From positions 38,070,001 through 38,134,000 of the forward strand of contig NC_087436.1 in NCBI RefSeq assembly GCF_036321535.1: a DNA stretch of 64,000 bases, written 5' to 3'. Below are positions 25,535 through 38,090 of the stretch, piece by piece. The notes beneath the pieces were generated by a model. The model was not told the origin of the DNA, searched no databases, and worked only from the letters and a program-made list of their open reading frames with translations. This stretch comes from Camelus dromedarius. Its lineage: Eukaryota. Every line of letters starts with the position of its first letter. The stretch's first letter is position 1. The position numbers and the translations under genes were made by a program.

Positions 25535-25939
25535 CACTGGGTCTTTGCTTGGCAATATGAGATTGGTCTCCTCAAAGTCATTTGAGGTATCTTCTCTCTG
25601 TGACGTTGAGCCTGAGCCAGGCGATGCCAAGAAGCAGGGCTGGATACTGCTACGGCAGACACTGCTATGCTGGTGTGTCAGAGGAGCGGATGCAGTGGGG
25701 TTGAGTTGAGGGGCTCTGTGGGCAGGATATAGTGGTGGCTGCACCAGGGCAGCATTCGACTGTGCTTGTATTCTTGGTAACCTGAAGCCCCTGCTTTGTC
25801 CCTTCCTGTTCTCTTAATCTTATATGCCAACATGTCTCCAGATTTATAAGTTACCTGAAATCTTTCCAAGAATTCTGTTTGAGTCTAGTTAGCCAGAGTT
25901 GATTTCTGCTGCATATAACCAAGAAGTTTGTCAAATACA
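25535..25939 (+). mobile_element. old MaLR LTR (MLT1J/K-like)
   Basis: 3' end 'gttagccagagttgatttctgctgcatataaccaagaa...aataca' resembles the MLT1J/K terminus. Confidence 0.55.
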
Positions 25940-28900
25940 TATACTTCATCATCTTTTTGCATCTTTGATGTTCATCTATATTATAAAGTAATACAATAAT
26001 TCAATGGTATAAATTCACAAAACTCTTTAAATAGCTTTTTACTGTTAAGTAGTCATTTCAGTGAACAGATTCTCACTGTACTTGAACTAAAATTAAAACT
26101 TGAGTTTAAGGTAAACTGACTTGTGTCTGAGTAAATGAGTCTTTGGTTATGATTAAGAAATATATCTCATTTAATTTAATTCTAAATTGATTTCAACTCT
26201 GTGTAAAGTTATTGAATCAATATGACTTATTTCCATTCTTTTTTCTTGTTAGAATTTAAGAATACTTTCTTCTTCCTTAAAATCTTTATCTTCTAACCAA
26301 TTATTAATTTAAATCCCAGATCTTAAATTAAAATACACACACCCTTAGCAAATAGCAATTGCTTTAAATTTAAGTTTCTTCTTATTCAGAAAAAAAAATG
26401 TTTATGAGTGTAGCTAGTAAAACTAGTGGACAGGTGACATTTGTATAGTATTTTGAAATAATATGTTCTATTTATTTAATTTATTTACTAATTTACTTTT
26501 CAGAAATAAACTTAATACATATTGATTGGGGCTTAGAGGATGCATTTGAAATTGTAATGCAGTTATTTAAAAGTTGACTAAATTAATGTTAAACATCTTT
26601 TTCTCCAGTACAGAAAATTCACTGTTGAAGAAATATACTATTACTCCTTGCTGAGGTAGATGAAGGAAAAACATTATCTTATTGACTCTTTAAAAATTAT
26701 TATAGTTCATATATGAGTAAGGAGTTTATGAAAGGAAACATTAAGTATCACATTTCATGTCAAGTCTGTGATATAAATCAGTTGTATCTGTAGATTCAAA
26801 GTCAAGCTTGAAAAAAACTCTCAGAAGCTAAGGGGCTGATGACCCTATAAACTGTAAAATGTGTTAACAGCAATAAATTCCACTTCCTCGGTTCAAAGGG
26901 CATTTGATTATATTCTGCACTGTCAGGGTCACTCACATCAGAGCTCATCCTTGAATGATAAACAAGGCAGGCCTGTAACGTACACCAGAGAGTGACAAGA
27001 CACACCTGCCACTACAAGTTTTGAGAAAGAACAGTAAGGCTTGCAGACAGCTGTGTCACCCAGGAATGAGCACACTTGCAGGCTCAGCAATGGGCAGGAG
27101 AACACGCCCCCATCAGTTCAGACTGCAACGTCACAGTGCTTGCACTGTTACATTCTTTAGTTTAATGAGATCATTTTGAATTGAAAATTATCAACTAAAG
27201 CCCATCTTCATAAATTTTCTATTAAAGAACTGCCAATCCCAAATGAATTTCATTTGTGTATACAACATTTTCATGTATTTTAATAAATGTTATATAAACA
27301 AATGTTATTGTCAATTGAAAAAATAATATGAATTATGATATAACATTTTAATAACTTTTCTTAAGACTTTTCTCTTAGTTTGATTTTTAAATATTCTAAG
27401 AATTTGATATATATGTCTCTTTAAGAAGGAAGAATTTTTACCTTAATTAAAATTTTTCTAGCCTAGAATGTTTTACTTTTGTCATTTATATCTAATTATG
27501 CATACCACTTATAAAGAACCACCACAACAAAGCAGATTGTCCTCTAAAATTTTTTAAGGTGATTAGCTAAAATACACTTTTTTATCTTAAGATCCTTATA
27601 TTTAACACTTGGTACTGTGCTGGTTTGTTATTCAAGGAATATTTATTGAGCATGTGGTATTATTACTATTTGGAACATATGTAGGATATGTTTTTTTCTT
27701 CCTGCTTGTTATTTATATTCTAAAGAAAACCTGTGTAACCTTCTTTAAAGAATGTAGTATTTTGTTGATTTGTTTATCTTATTCTAAAAAAATAATTATG
27801 AAGCCCATCTGACATTCTTGAAAATTTTATTTCTATTTCTTTGATCTATTTCTGAGAAATTTACAATGTAAAAAGCAATTTCATATTCTGGTCTAAAAAA
27901 ATTATCTTGACAAAATTATCCTTTTAACTTAGACGTTTCAAGCTCCTGTTGTTCTTATTTTGCCATAAGCTATTAAACTAACTTTTAAACTTACAATTTT
28001 CATTGAAAATGCTGCTTTTGCAATGACTAATTAGTGAAAAAAAAAAACCGCTTACATTTCACTAATTCATTATTAGGTTTATTACAGGTTCAACCATTCA
28101 ATAATTATTTTGCCTGTTTTGTAATACATAGAATTGAGTTGGATTTTAAGTGTTTTGAATTGCTCATTTCTAAAAGAAGACTTTCAAGTCATGAGATTGT
28201 TAACAAAGTACAATTGCATTAAGAAATTCTGTGAACCAACTTAATAGTTAGCATTTTTTAGGTTTTAAATAAAATTAAGGAAAATGAGTATTACATGTTT
28301 AATATTAAACAGTGTTTAATGCTCAAATAAAATAGGACAAACATGAAAATTACGAATTATTATTCTTTGTATATTTATGTTGACAAAGTTAAATAATAAT
28401 TTATTTATTGTCACATGTTCTGCCTTGATGACAGCTAGCATTGACTATGACTAAGGTAATATATGCTAAAATTTCTACCAAAAATTTTAGTCCAAATCTT
28501 GTGTTTCTCTGTAGGAATAAAATCTCAACTGACAGTGGCACATGCCTATGCCTAAAATTAAAGAATAAAATCTTGCTCTAATGTTTACTCGGTAAACACA
28601 ACATTGCTGCTTTGTTGTGATTATTTCATGGAGTTAGTCTATTTCTATTTTATCATACTTTAGACATTGAGAATACTCATGGTATTCTTGATATGTGAAA
28701 AGATGGTGCCCATAATTCATGAAATTTAGACATTGACTCTACCTTGTATTTTATGATAAAATTTCTTAACAGCAACCAGTCACGTTCTTTCTTCTTGTGA
28801 AGAGCATTCAAATCAAATTCTTCTAGTGCATGTATTAATGGCCCAAGAAAAATAGACATTTAAGTCTCTTTCAATTTTATGGAATTTATTTGTGATTTCC

Positions 28901-30235
28901 TAATGTTTTCCGATTTTTACTGTAAAGCTCTTATTTGATGTTAGTATTGAATTTGATTTTTTAATATGCTTTTGTTCCTTGTTGTCAGCAACTTTTCAAA
29001 AGTCAGATCATTATGTTCCTCTGATAGATTTTGAAGGCAGGCAGTTGTCATCTATGGCAAATCACCAGACAATATTAACTATGCCAGGTGAGAATAATTA
29101 TAAACGTGCGTGTCAAATACACGTAGGAAACGTGGGATCCATGCATGCGTGGATCACATTCCCATGCTTCACAAAGATCTGTTTTCTCTGTTTCATGTAA
29201 GCGGTGCATTCACTGGGATTGTTTCTGTCACTGGCAATGCCTGCCGTGTTTCTGGCATTCAAGGGATGCTGAAATCATAATAAAAGAGTAGAACTGTTTT
29301 CTGTTTGAATTTAGTGGCTCAGCAGAAGTTTTCAAACAGCTTCTCATAATATGCACATTCAAAACATATACTTTTGGCCAGGGTTTAAAATGCTGTTTTG
29401 AATCTCAACAAATAATCTTTTACATTTTTTGAAAAATTTGAAAACTAGCATTTCTGTCACCCACCAAAATAAATGACTCTTTCTGCTTGGTCCTTGCAAT
29501 GTAACCATCAGCTTCCCTGCCACAAAGGTTTTTAAAGCTTGCAACACACAGCTGTGGTCTACAGATGAATTTCTCATCATGTTCAGTCATAATAGGTGTA
29601 AAAAACCTAATTTCAGGCAATTTGTCATTGAAGAAAGTGAAAATAGTTTATATTAATAAAAGAAACTATGAGATACTTCCCACGTGTTCTGCAGACCACG
29701 GAGTTGTATGAAACTCTTGTAAAAACAACATGAGCGTATCCAGATATAGTTTGATGGGGCAGTAAGACCACAGCCATCAATTATTAAAAGAAAGCCTGTC
29801 TGGAGACAGTCATGCCAAGCACCTGAATTCACTTTAATGGTGGAAGTGGACACATATGCTTAGGGAGTTCAAATCCTTTATGAGTAACACTCGTTTATGA
29901 TATATAGACAGAATGCGAAACTATGTATTTTTTTTTTAGCAATGCGGTTGTTCTGAAGGACACACTTTACACATCCTTTTGAATGTAGTATCATTATGAC
30001 TGTTATTTAGAAATACTTAGAATCTGCTTTCCAGTATGGTATTGGACATAAACAGAACTGATGCTTTCATAGAATCTGGCAGGAATAGATGTTTCCATGT
30101 TTTTTAATTTAAAAAATTTAAGAATACTAACTGATTATACTGAATATTGAAATAGTGTTTCTCTTGACAAACTTGTTGGGAAGACTCTCATCACCTTTGG
30201 ACAGACTCATTCCCAGGAGCACCTAACTGTCAGGA

Positions 30236-30347
30236 GAGTCCCCCCTCAGTATCTGCAAGGGGACTGGTTCCAGGACTCCCACAAGTCCCTGACAGTCAGC
30301 CCCCCATATCTGCAAGCTCAGCATCCTTGGATATGGAGGGCTGACTG
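30236..30347 (+). mobile_element. MER2-family (Tigger) short derivative
   Basis: 5' 'agtcccccctcagtatctgcaaggggactggttccaggac...caagtccctga' and 3' 'ggatatggagggctgactg' followed by TA, matching MER2-type ends. Confidence 0.8.
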
Positions 30348-32694
30348 TATTTATACCTCATCGTCATTAAAAAAAAAAAAAAAGATGATAGAGTGAATGA
30401 TATTTGACATAGAGTAAATTGATTTAAAGTTAATCACTAAATTCAGATTGAATAGGCTTATGTATTTTATAATGAAGGGATATGGAAATTCACTAAATAT
30501 CCAACAGTCTTAGATTCACAACATCTCTGGACATAAACATATTCATGCTATACTACTCACAATTCCTGCTTTTCACTTTATAACAATCATTTCAAAATGA
30601 ACTGAAATATGTAAATGACTGTGAAGAGGACCACATAGTCATTATAATGGATATCATCATTTGCATCTGAAATATATGCACTTTAATAAAAGATGATAAT
30701 TAAATAACACCTTTTATTCTAATTTTTTGCTAAATTAATCATAGAACTTTCCCAGAATATATGCTTGGGTTTTTATACTCCTACCCTTATAAAGTAAATA
30801 GTTAAATTTATTTTTTTTAGTTGTTAAATATATTCATCATAATGTATCAGGAATAAAACATAAACATTTAATCTCGAACTATGTTATCAAAATAAACAAA
30901 TTAGAATTATTAAATTATGTTCACTTATTTTAGAAACTAGTTTCCTAAAATTATTCTCTAGTCTCATGAAACCCATCATCCTTTTTAAAGATTGATGAAC
31001 TAATTTAATGTTCTTTGCTCTTCCCAAGTATTTCCTAACTAGGTAATTTTGACTTTTGTTTTGCTTTTATTTTTGTTTTCTATTACCTCAATTTTGGCAA
31101 TGAAAGAACTCAGTGGAAACTTGGGAAACAGAAATTAGGCCTATGAGATTTGTGGAATCTAATATAGTCTCACTGCAGGGGATTTTAATGTAAACCCTAA
31201 ATGCAGCAAAGAGGTGACAGGTCCCTAAAGGTTAATATTTCGATTTCAGTTTTTAAAATACCAGTTTCCCCTCAAAATCTATAAATGCCTGGGCAGCACC
31301 ACGGTCTGCGCAGGGGGACAAATAAAGTGAAACTAAAAGCCAGCCGTACAATTTGGATACTTGTGTGCAACTGGGATAATTACAGATAATTTTCTTTCTT
31401 GATCACCTTGGATGTTTGACAAAGACACAGTTGAAAATTTCCTCTCTTATCTAATCCCCCAAAGTGCCTCCAGAAAAACAGCTTTCTGAACTTGAAACTC
31501 ACTTGTAAGCACGATGGTAGCTCAGTGAGGCAGGTCTGGACCACTCTGGCCTCGTGTGCATGCCACGGTCTACTACCGTCCTACTTAAAGCTTTCCCTAG
31601 GGAACCACTCAGTTATTTTTCCATGCTGCTGGGATACAGCAGTATTTAGTTTCTTCCCTTTATGTTCTTTGATTCTCAGATCTTAAAACTAACATCTGAG
31701 GAAATCTTAAGATATGTCAAGAAAGAAAAAAAAAATAACATCATAACTATAGATTAGCTAAAAGGGAGGAATAAAACTGTGAAAATACATAATTTTGTGT
31801 ACAAAAAAATTTAAAAACAAAATGAAATTGATCATATTAATATCTAGTCCAACTGAATGAAAGACACACAAAAAAATCTGTAGAAGCATCAAACTAAAAT
31901 TATTACAAACTGGAAATGGTAGGACTCTACTACTCAAGTCACTGAAAATCAGAAAAATTCTAGGGAGTTGTGTGGGTGAGAAAGTTGGCCAAAAGTTTAA
32001 TACTTTTGTCTTCTGTGTATCATATAAGGTCATGAACTTCAGTTTAAGAAAAACAAAATAGAGAGACTTTGAAAAGTTTTCCACTTATTAGTCTTCTAAA
32101 ACATTGGAGTAGAGACATCTTCTGAATGTTAGGTAATTCTCTTCTTACTGTTACTGTAAGTAATTCATTACGTAAAGAGCATAAACAAAATTTAAGTAAA
32201 AGAGATTGATCATTTCTGCTGTCTATTTAATCATTTCCCTTTTGTTTTTCACTTTGAATTTGAGGCAAAGTCCATAAGTCATTTTAATGTCTATATTTAT
32301 GGCTGGCAATACACAGGCCATGTGGGACAGGGCAGGGGGCCAGAGCCTCAGTGTTTAATGCTCACAATGATTCATGAAGGAATGTTTCATCTTTGGTGTA
32401 ACCTAGGAATTTCAGGACCAGCAGAGCCTCTATAGGAAACACTCTGAGAAGATCAATGTTGCACCAAGGTTATAACACTGAAGATTAAAATAGTGGCAGG
32501 AACAGTTTAGAACTGAAAATTGTGGGAGAGGTTGGAGAAAATGAGAGTGCCAGGTCCATATTTACAAAGGCTGTGATGGAGTGTCTGTGCTTATAGCACG
32601 TGGGGTGGAGGAGTGAATGGTCCTCCAGTCGTACAATTCACTTTCACCAAAGGTTGTACTGACAAGTGATTCAGAGAACCAGAGGACCTTAAAC

Positions 32695-33290
32695 ATGGAG
32701 CCATTTGGTGGGATTATAACATAGTGCAACCACTCTGAAAAACAGTTTAGCATTTCCTCAAAAGGTGAAGCACAGTGAAACTATATAACACAGTGATTCC
32801 ATCCTAGGCATATTCTCTCAAGAGAATTAAAAATACGTCCACACAAAAACTTGTACATGAATGCTCATAATCATAATAGCTAAAAAGTGGAAACTGAAAT
32901 GTCCATCAACTGAAGACCAGATAAACAAAATGCGATATAACTATAGAATGGAATATTATTCAGCCATAAAGAGGGAGTAAGTGTTGTTACATGCTACTAT
33001 ATCAAAGAACCTTGAAAACACATTAAATGAAAGAAGCCAGTTACAAAAGGACACATATTACATGATTCCTCTTAGAGGAAATATCCAGATCAGGTAATTT
33101 AACAGAGACAGAAGTTGGATTAGTGGTTGCCAGGGGCTGAAGAGGCGGGGAATAGGGAGTGACTGTACATAAGTTACAGACTTCTTTTTTGGGACGATGA
33201 GCATCTTCTGAGAACAGTGATGATAGCTGCAAAACTCTGTGAATTCACTAAATATCACTGAATTGTGCACTTGAAAATCACAATAAATAC
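32695..33290 (+). mobile_element. LINE-1 3' end (L1MB-like)
   Basis: 'caaccactctgaaaaacagtttagca...ccacacaaaaacttgtacatgaatg...aaagaagccagttacaaaaggacacata...gattagtggttgccagggg'. Confidence 0.9.
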
Positions 33291-33609
33291 ACATCTCAGT
33301 GGGAAAAGGTCTTATATTACAGTAGAAAAGTGGATGCAGCTGATCTCAGCATTGAGTTCTTTCACTTAAAAAATAAAACAGGATTATAATTAGTAAGTTG
33401 TAAATGTAAATGTATACCTCTACTTTCAACATCTCATAAATTTGTTATGACTTCTAAGTATGCTACCATTAATGTAAGTGGGAAAAATTATTGCCTGTGA
33501 GAAGAAGTATCAAAAGTGCCATAAGAACACAATATGCCAAGCACAAGAATCACGTATTATAAACTTGATCTGGAAATATTCCTTGTTTAAAGTCTACAAA
33601 TGTTGTCAA

Positions 33610-34290
33610 AGTAATATACTAGGAAGCATGTGATAAGGCCAGTGAGTTTAAATTGACCACAGTTTTTGGGAAAATGAAAAATATGTTATATAATGATCAT
33701 GATGGAATTTAATAATCCAAAAAGTAATTATTAAAGGAGAGATCTGGGGTACAACGATCATTTTTTTTTAAAGCAAGCATTTCTGAATGTGGAAGAAAGG
33801 GAAGCAGTCTGTCTTACACTAGATTGGGATGATGAAGTGATGCAGGAGGTAATTGTGGATGAGTAGGAAATGCTGATCAACGTGACAACGAATGTCAATA
33901 TTCTACTAGTGCAAGAAGGAATTTAAACGAATTCACTTGTGATTATGCAGTTTTAGAAATGAGAACTTATAGAAAATGTGGACACTAGTTGGAAGAGAAA
34001 AGTGAAATTAAAAAGTAAAATGACAGAGAAAAAGCTTAAAACTATCCAAAATGCCTCAGAGGAAGTCTAGTAAGAATGATGAAGACAGCCCAGGGACGTA
34101 AAAAATAACCGAACATACTCAACTGGGAAAGCAAAAAAGTCCAAATATGATGAAAAGGGCAGCTTTTATAAAATGTGCAACTGTAATTAAATGAAAATAA
34201 CCAAGAATGCTTACCAAAAGTGGCACATATGATGCAAAGTTGGAAACATTGGATCAAAACTAACAGAAACATCAAAAAACACTCTTGAAT
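33610..34290 (+). mobile_element. putative ancient CR1/L3 LINE ORF2 remnant (endonuclease C-terminus and linker)
   Basis: Hand translation gives colinear degenerate motifs: GQ...IDHSF, MIMMEFNNP (33693-33719, cf. IMGDFNYP), CDYAVLEM (33938-33961, cf. SDH..LEF), and SFYKM...ITKNAY...C (34161-34235, cf. SYKKWK.GQITK.EY...C). Many stops. Confidence 0.5.
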
Positions 34291-34319
34291 AAAATTTGTT
34301 TTTGTTTTTTTGCTAAACA

Positions 34320-35770
34320 GTATTCTACTGTACATACATAACACAATTTATTGATCCATTCTATTAATGATATTTGGGTAGTTTTGGATTGGAGTCATTA
34401 CTGAAAATATCCTCTATGTCTATTCTGTTTAAGTTATTTTTATGGATATATGTTTTCATTTTTCTTGGGCAAATACCTAGGAGTCTAATTTATTTCTTAC
34501 AGGGAAATTATATGATTAATTTTAGGAATTGCCAAATGTTTTTCTAAGGTGGAGTGTCATTTTACTTTTTGACAAGAAATATATTGGTGCTCCAGCTGTT
34601 CTACATGCTCACCATATTTAGTTTTGCCAGTCTTTATAACTGCAGTCATTCTTCTGAATGTGAAGTGGCAAATTATTACCATTTTAATTGTATATCTTTG
34701 ATAACTAACAAGGATAAGAAACTTTACAAATACTCATTAGACATCTATATATCTTCTCTGATGAAGTATGTGTTCAAGTATTTGCCCGTATTTTGATGGG
34801 TCATTGTCTTTACATGATAGATTTATAGATGGATTTTACAAGTTCCAGATATAAGAACTGCATATTTCTACAAAACTCTATTTATATACTGTCATACGTG
34901 TGAGCTACAAGAATTATCTCCTAGTTTATGACTCTAGTTTTCATTTTCTTAGCAGTAATTTTGGTGAGAAGATCATCACCTAGATGGATATTAATTTATC
35001 AGCTTTTGTTTATATGGCTATTGCTTTCTGAAGGTTGTGTAAAAAATCTTTGCCTCCTCCAGAAACTTTATAATTTTAGCTTTTGTGTTTAGATCTATGA
35101 TTACCTCAAATTATTTTTTGGTTATGGTATAAAGTAGAGGTCAATTCACTTTTTAAATCTGTTTATTCAGTTGTTTCAGCACCATTTCCTGCAAGACTTT
35201 TTTTCTCCTTTAAACTGCCATGGCCATTTTGTTGAATTAGTTGTTGATGGGTAAATGTATGTCTAGGTTCTCTCATATGTTACACTGTTCTATATGGCTA
35301 TCTGTATGTCAATACTAATTGTCTTAATTATTGTAGCTTTATAGTAAGTCTTGAAATAAAGTAATGTAAACCCTCCAACTTTGTTTTCTGTTTTAAGAAT
35401 GCTTTGGCAAAAAATAAAATAAAATACTATCTGTGCCCCACCCCCCTCAAAAAAGAATGCTTTGACTATACTAGGTTCTTTGCATTTCTATATAAATTTT
35501 AGCATCAGTTTGCCATTTTATTAAAAATATTTTGAATTTTTTATTGGAGTTGGAATCCAAACAATATTAATCCTTTGAATCTATGAACATGGTATATATT
35601 ATCATTTATTTGTGTCTCATTTAGTTTCCCCCAGAAATGTTTCATGAATTTAAATGAAGTGTTTTAGGATGTCTTCTGTTACATTTATTCCTAAGTGTTA
35701 TTGTATAAAGTGAAAATTTAAGGAATTGTTCAGTTTTGGGTATTTTTTGCAAGAGTATTTCATAGAAAAG
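34320..35770 (-). mobile_element. old LINE-1 ORF2 3' region (L1M)
   Basis: 'ttcttgggcaaatacctaggagt', 'ttcagttgtttcagcaccattt', 'gtcttaattattgtagctttatagtaagtcttgaaat', 'tttgcatttctatataaattttag'. Confidence 0.88.
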
Positions 35771-35835
35771 AACATCTTTTTCCCAACCAACCAAACATGT
35801 TTTCCAGTTCTCTTTCTTTTTGTGATATTAGCAGC

Positions 35836-36343
35836 TGTGTTGAATTGCCTCTTGTCAACTTGGCAGCATAACTACACTTTTCTAAAGCTGGAACTCTATT
35901 TTCCAGTACACTATTCCCTGAATGATTCCCCATAGGATTTGCCAATGAGAAAAACTCACACATAATTTGGAAGATGAAAGTAAAACAAAAGTCATTCTTA
36001 GTGATTTTGGCAGCCAGGCATGAATTCACAATGATCTTAGCAATCATAATATTCAGACACAGCACCATCACCAATCTGTCATGAACTTGTACTTCATGAT
36101 CATGATGGATACAGCCGTTTCTTGGACTTTTTCATGAGCTCTACCTTCCTCTCCTAGTTTTAATCAATACTTTAGATTGATGTAATTTATTATTGTTTCT
36201 CTGACTTTCTGGATGTAACCCTCCAGATCTTTACTTTTCTTGCTCACATTTACATTAATGTAAGCACTGATTCCTATAATAAAACTTTTATTTCTATAAT
36301 ACTTAACTAGCTCCGTTTTCCTGGCTGAATTCAGACTGGTAAT
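35836..36343 (+). mobile_element. old ERVL-class LTR (family uncertain)
   Basis: 'tgtcaacttggc...aagctggaactctattttccag...tttggaagatgaaagt' and 3' 'tcctataataaaact...gttttcctggctgaattcagactg'. Confidence 0.55.
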
Positions 36344-36349
36344 AGTAAC

Positions 36350-38090
36350 CAGTGATGGTAACTTTCTTAGAGTCATTATTTAATTAGAGGTAGACAAATG
36401 GAGATATACTACTTCTTTTTTCATGTACTAATTAGAAAACTTTTCTAAAGAGAAACTTAGCCTCATTATCTTTTTTATTACCCTGAGATACAATTCTCAA
36501 ATAAAAGTCAGAATAAATACGTGATTTTTTTTCTTTATTTCCTATTTTCTTTTTTATCAGTTGCTATTTTATATACCAGTTTGCTAAATGAGTTGGTTTC
36601 TTAGTATCCATAAAAATCGACTTTTTAAAAATTGACTTTGAGAAGTAATTTGTTTCTTTCCAGTCTATCTGAATTATTTCAGATATTATATTTTGAAGTT
36701 CTATATGTTTTTTTAGATTTTAATTGCTGCTGAGATCCCACATCTGTTTACTCATTATGACAGTATTATCTTTAAGTCTTTGAACTGTATTTATAATAGC
36801 TGCATTAAAGTCTTTTTATGCTAATTTTAACATCTGGATCATGTTGTGGTCTATTCTATTGAGTAGATGTTTTAGTATCATTATAAACGCATGCATTTGA
36901 ACATATCAGGTAACCTTCTGCTCACTGAAGCCATCATCATTATTGATGTTTAAATTATTTCATGTTCAGTGAGTAGGTACTTCTTCAAGCTGCTTCCTGG
37001 ATCCTCTGACAAGATGACCTAGATTGATTTTATACATTACTTACCGACAACCAGAAAGCACACAAATCTCCAAGAAGCTCTGATTCTTTCTAGGGAGTGA
37101 TGGTATATGGAACCAAAGCTGTATCCCCAGGGACTTCCTGCTACTGTTTTGTTTAATGTTTCTAGGATGTATCAGTGGGTACATCTACAAGATAAGTGGG
37201 TTTTTAAAATAGATAAAATGTATCATGAGTTTAATACCTTCCAGTACAAATTCAGGATTATAAGATTTTAATTAAGTCCATAGATCTTAAATATATATTC
37301 TTCTGTCACACTGGAAAAGTATTCATTTTCAATGTCACAAACATAATTACTCATTTTCCTTATCATATAATAAAGGCAAACAATAGTTTTAGAATAGAAA
37401 TATCAACCCTATTATGAAAAATATACTTACTAAAAGCAGTGTAAGATTATTTGTATATTTCATTTTGTTCTAAAGTTATAATCCTATTAAGAATAATAAT
37501 TGGCATACAGTCAAATTATTGCTTGTAAAAGTCACTTGGTATAATTCCAGTTCAAATTTGACATAAATGTATTAATTACAAAATATTAAACTCATTTTCC
37601 AAACATTCCAAGACAGTGTTCTGACATGATTAACTTTCATGATTAACTTTAATTGTCAGAGGTAAAATCACTGGAACATAATACAGTTTCTATTTGCTTG
37701 AGACAAAAAGTTCCCCTAATATATTGTGATAAAAATGTTTAAGCACTTAAAAAAGTTGAAGTAATTGCATATCAACATCTATATACCAACCACTTAGATT
37801 TTATAATTAATATTTTGTTGTATTTGCTTTATTATATATTTATTGCTCTATCCTAACTTCTGTTCTTTAATAAATTCCCCTATTTTATTTATTTCAAAGC
37901 ATAATTTTCCTCTAAATACTTTAACATACATATCACTAACAATTGTTCAGTACTTGCTTATAGCTCTTTGCAAAAAACCAAAACTTGCATATAATTCACA
38001 AATCTAATGTGTGTTATTTTCTGACTTTTGACAAATGAGAACACCTGTGCAACCCCGACCTTTACCAGGATATGGATGAGTGTTCACACG
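36350..38090 (-). mobile_element. old LINE-1 3'UTR fragments (L1MC-like)
   Basis: 'ttcttcaagctgcttcctggatcctctgaca', 'tctccaagaagctctgattc', 'tatcatgagtttaatacc..ttccagtacaaattcaggatta'. A second piece at ~37715-38090. Confidence 0.6.
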
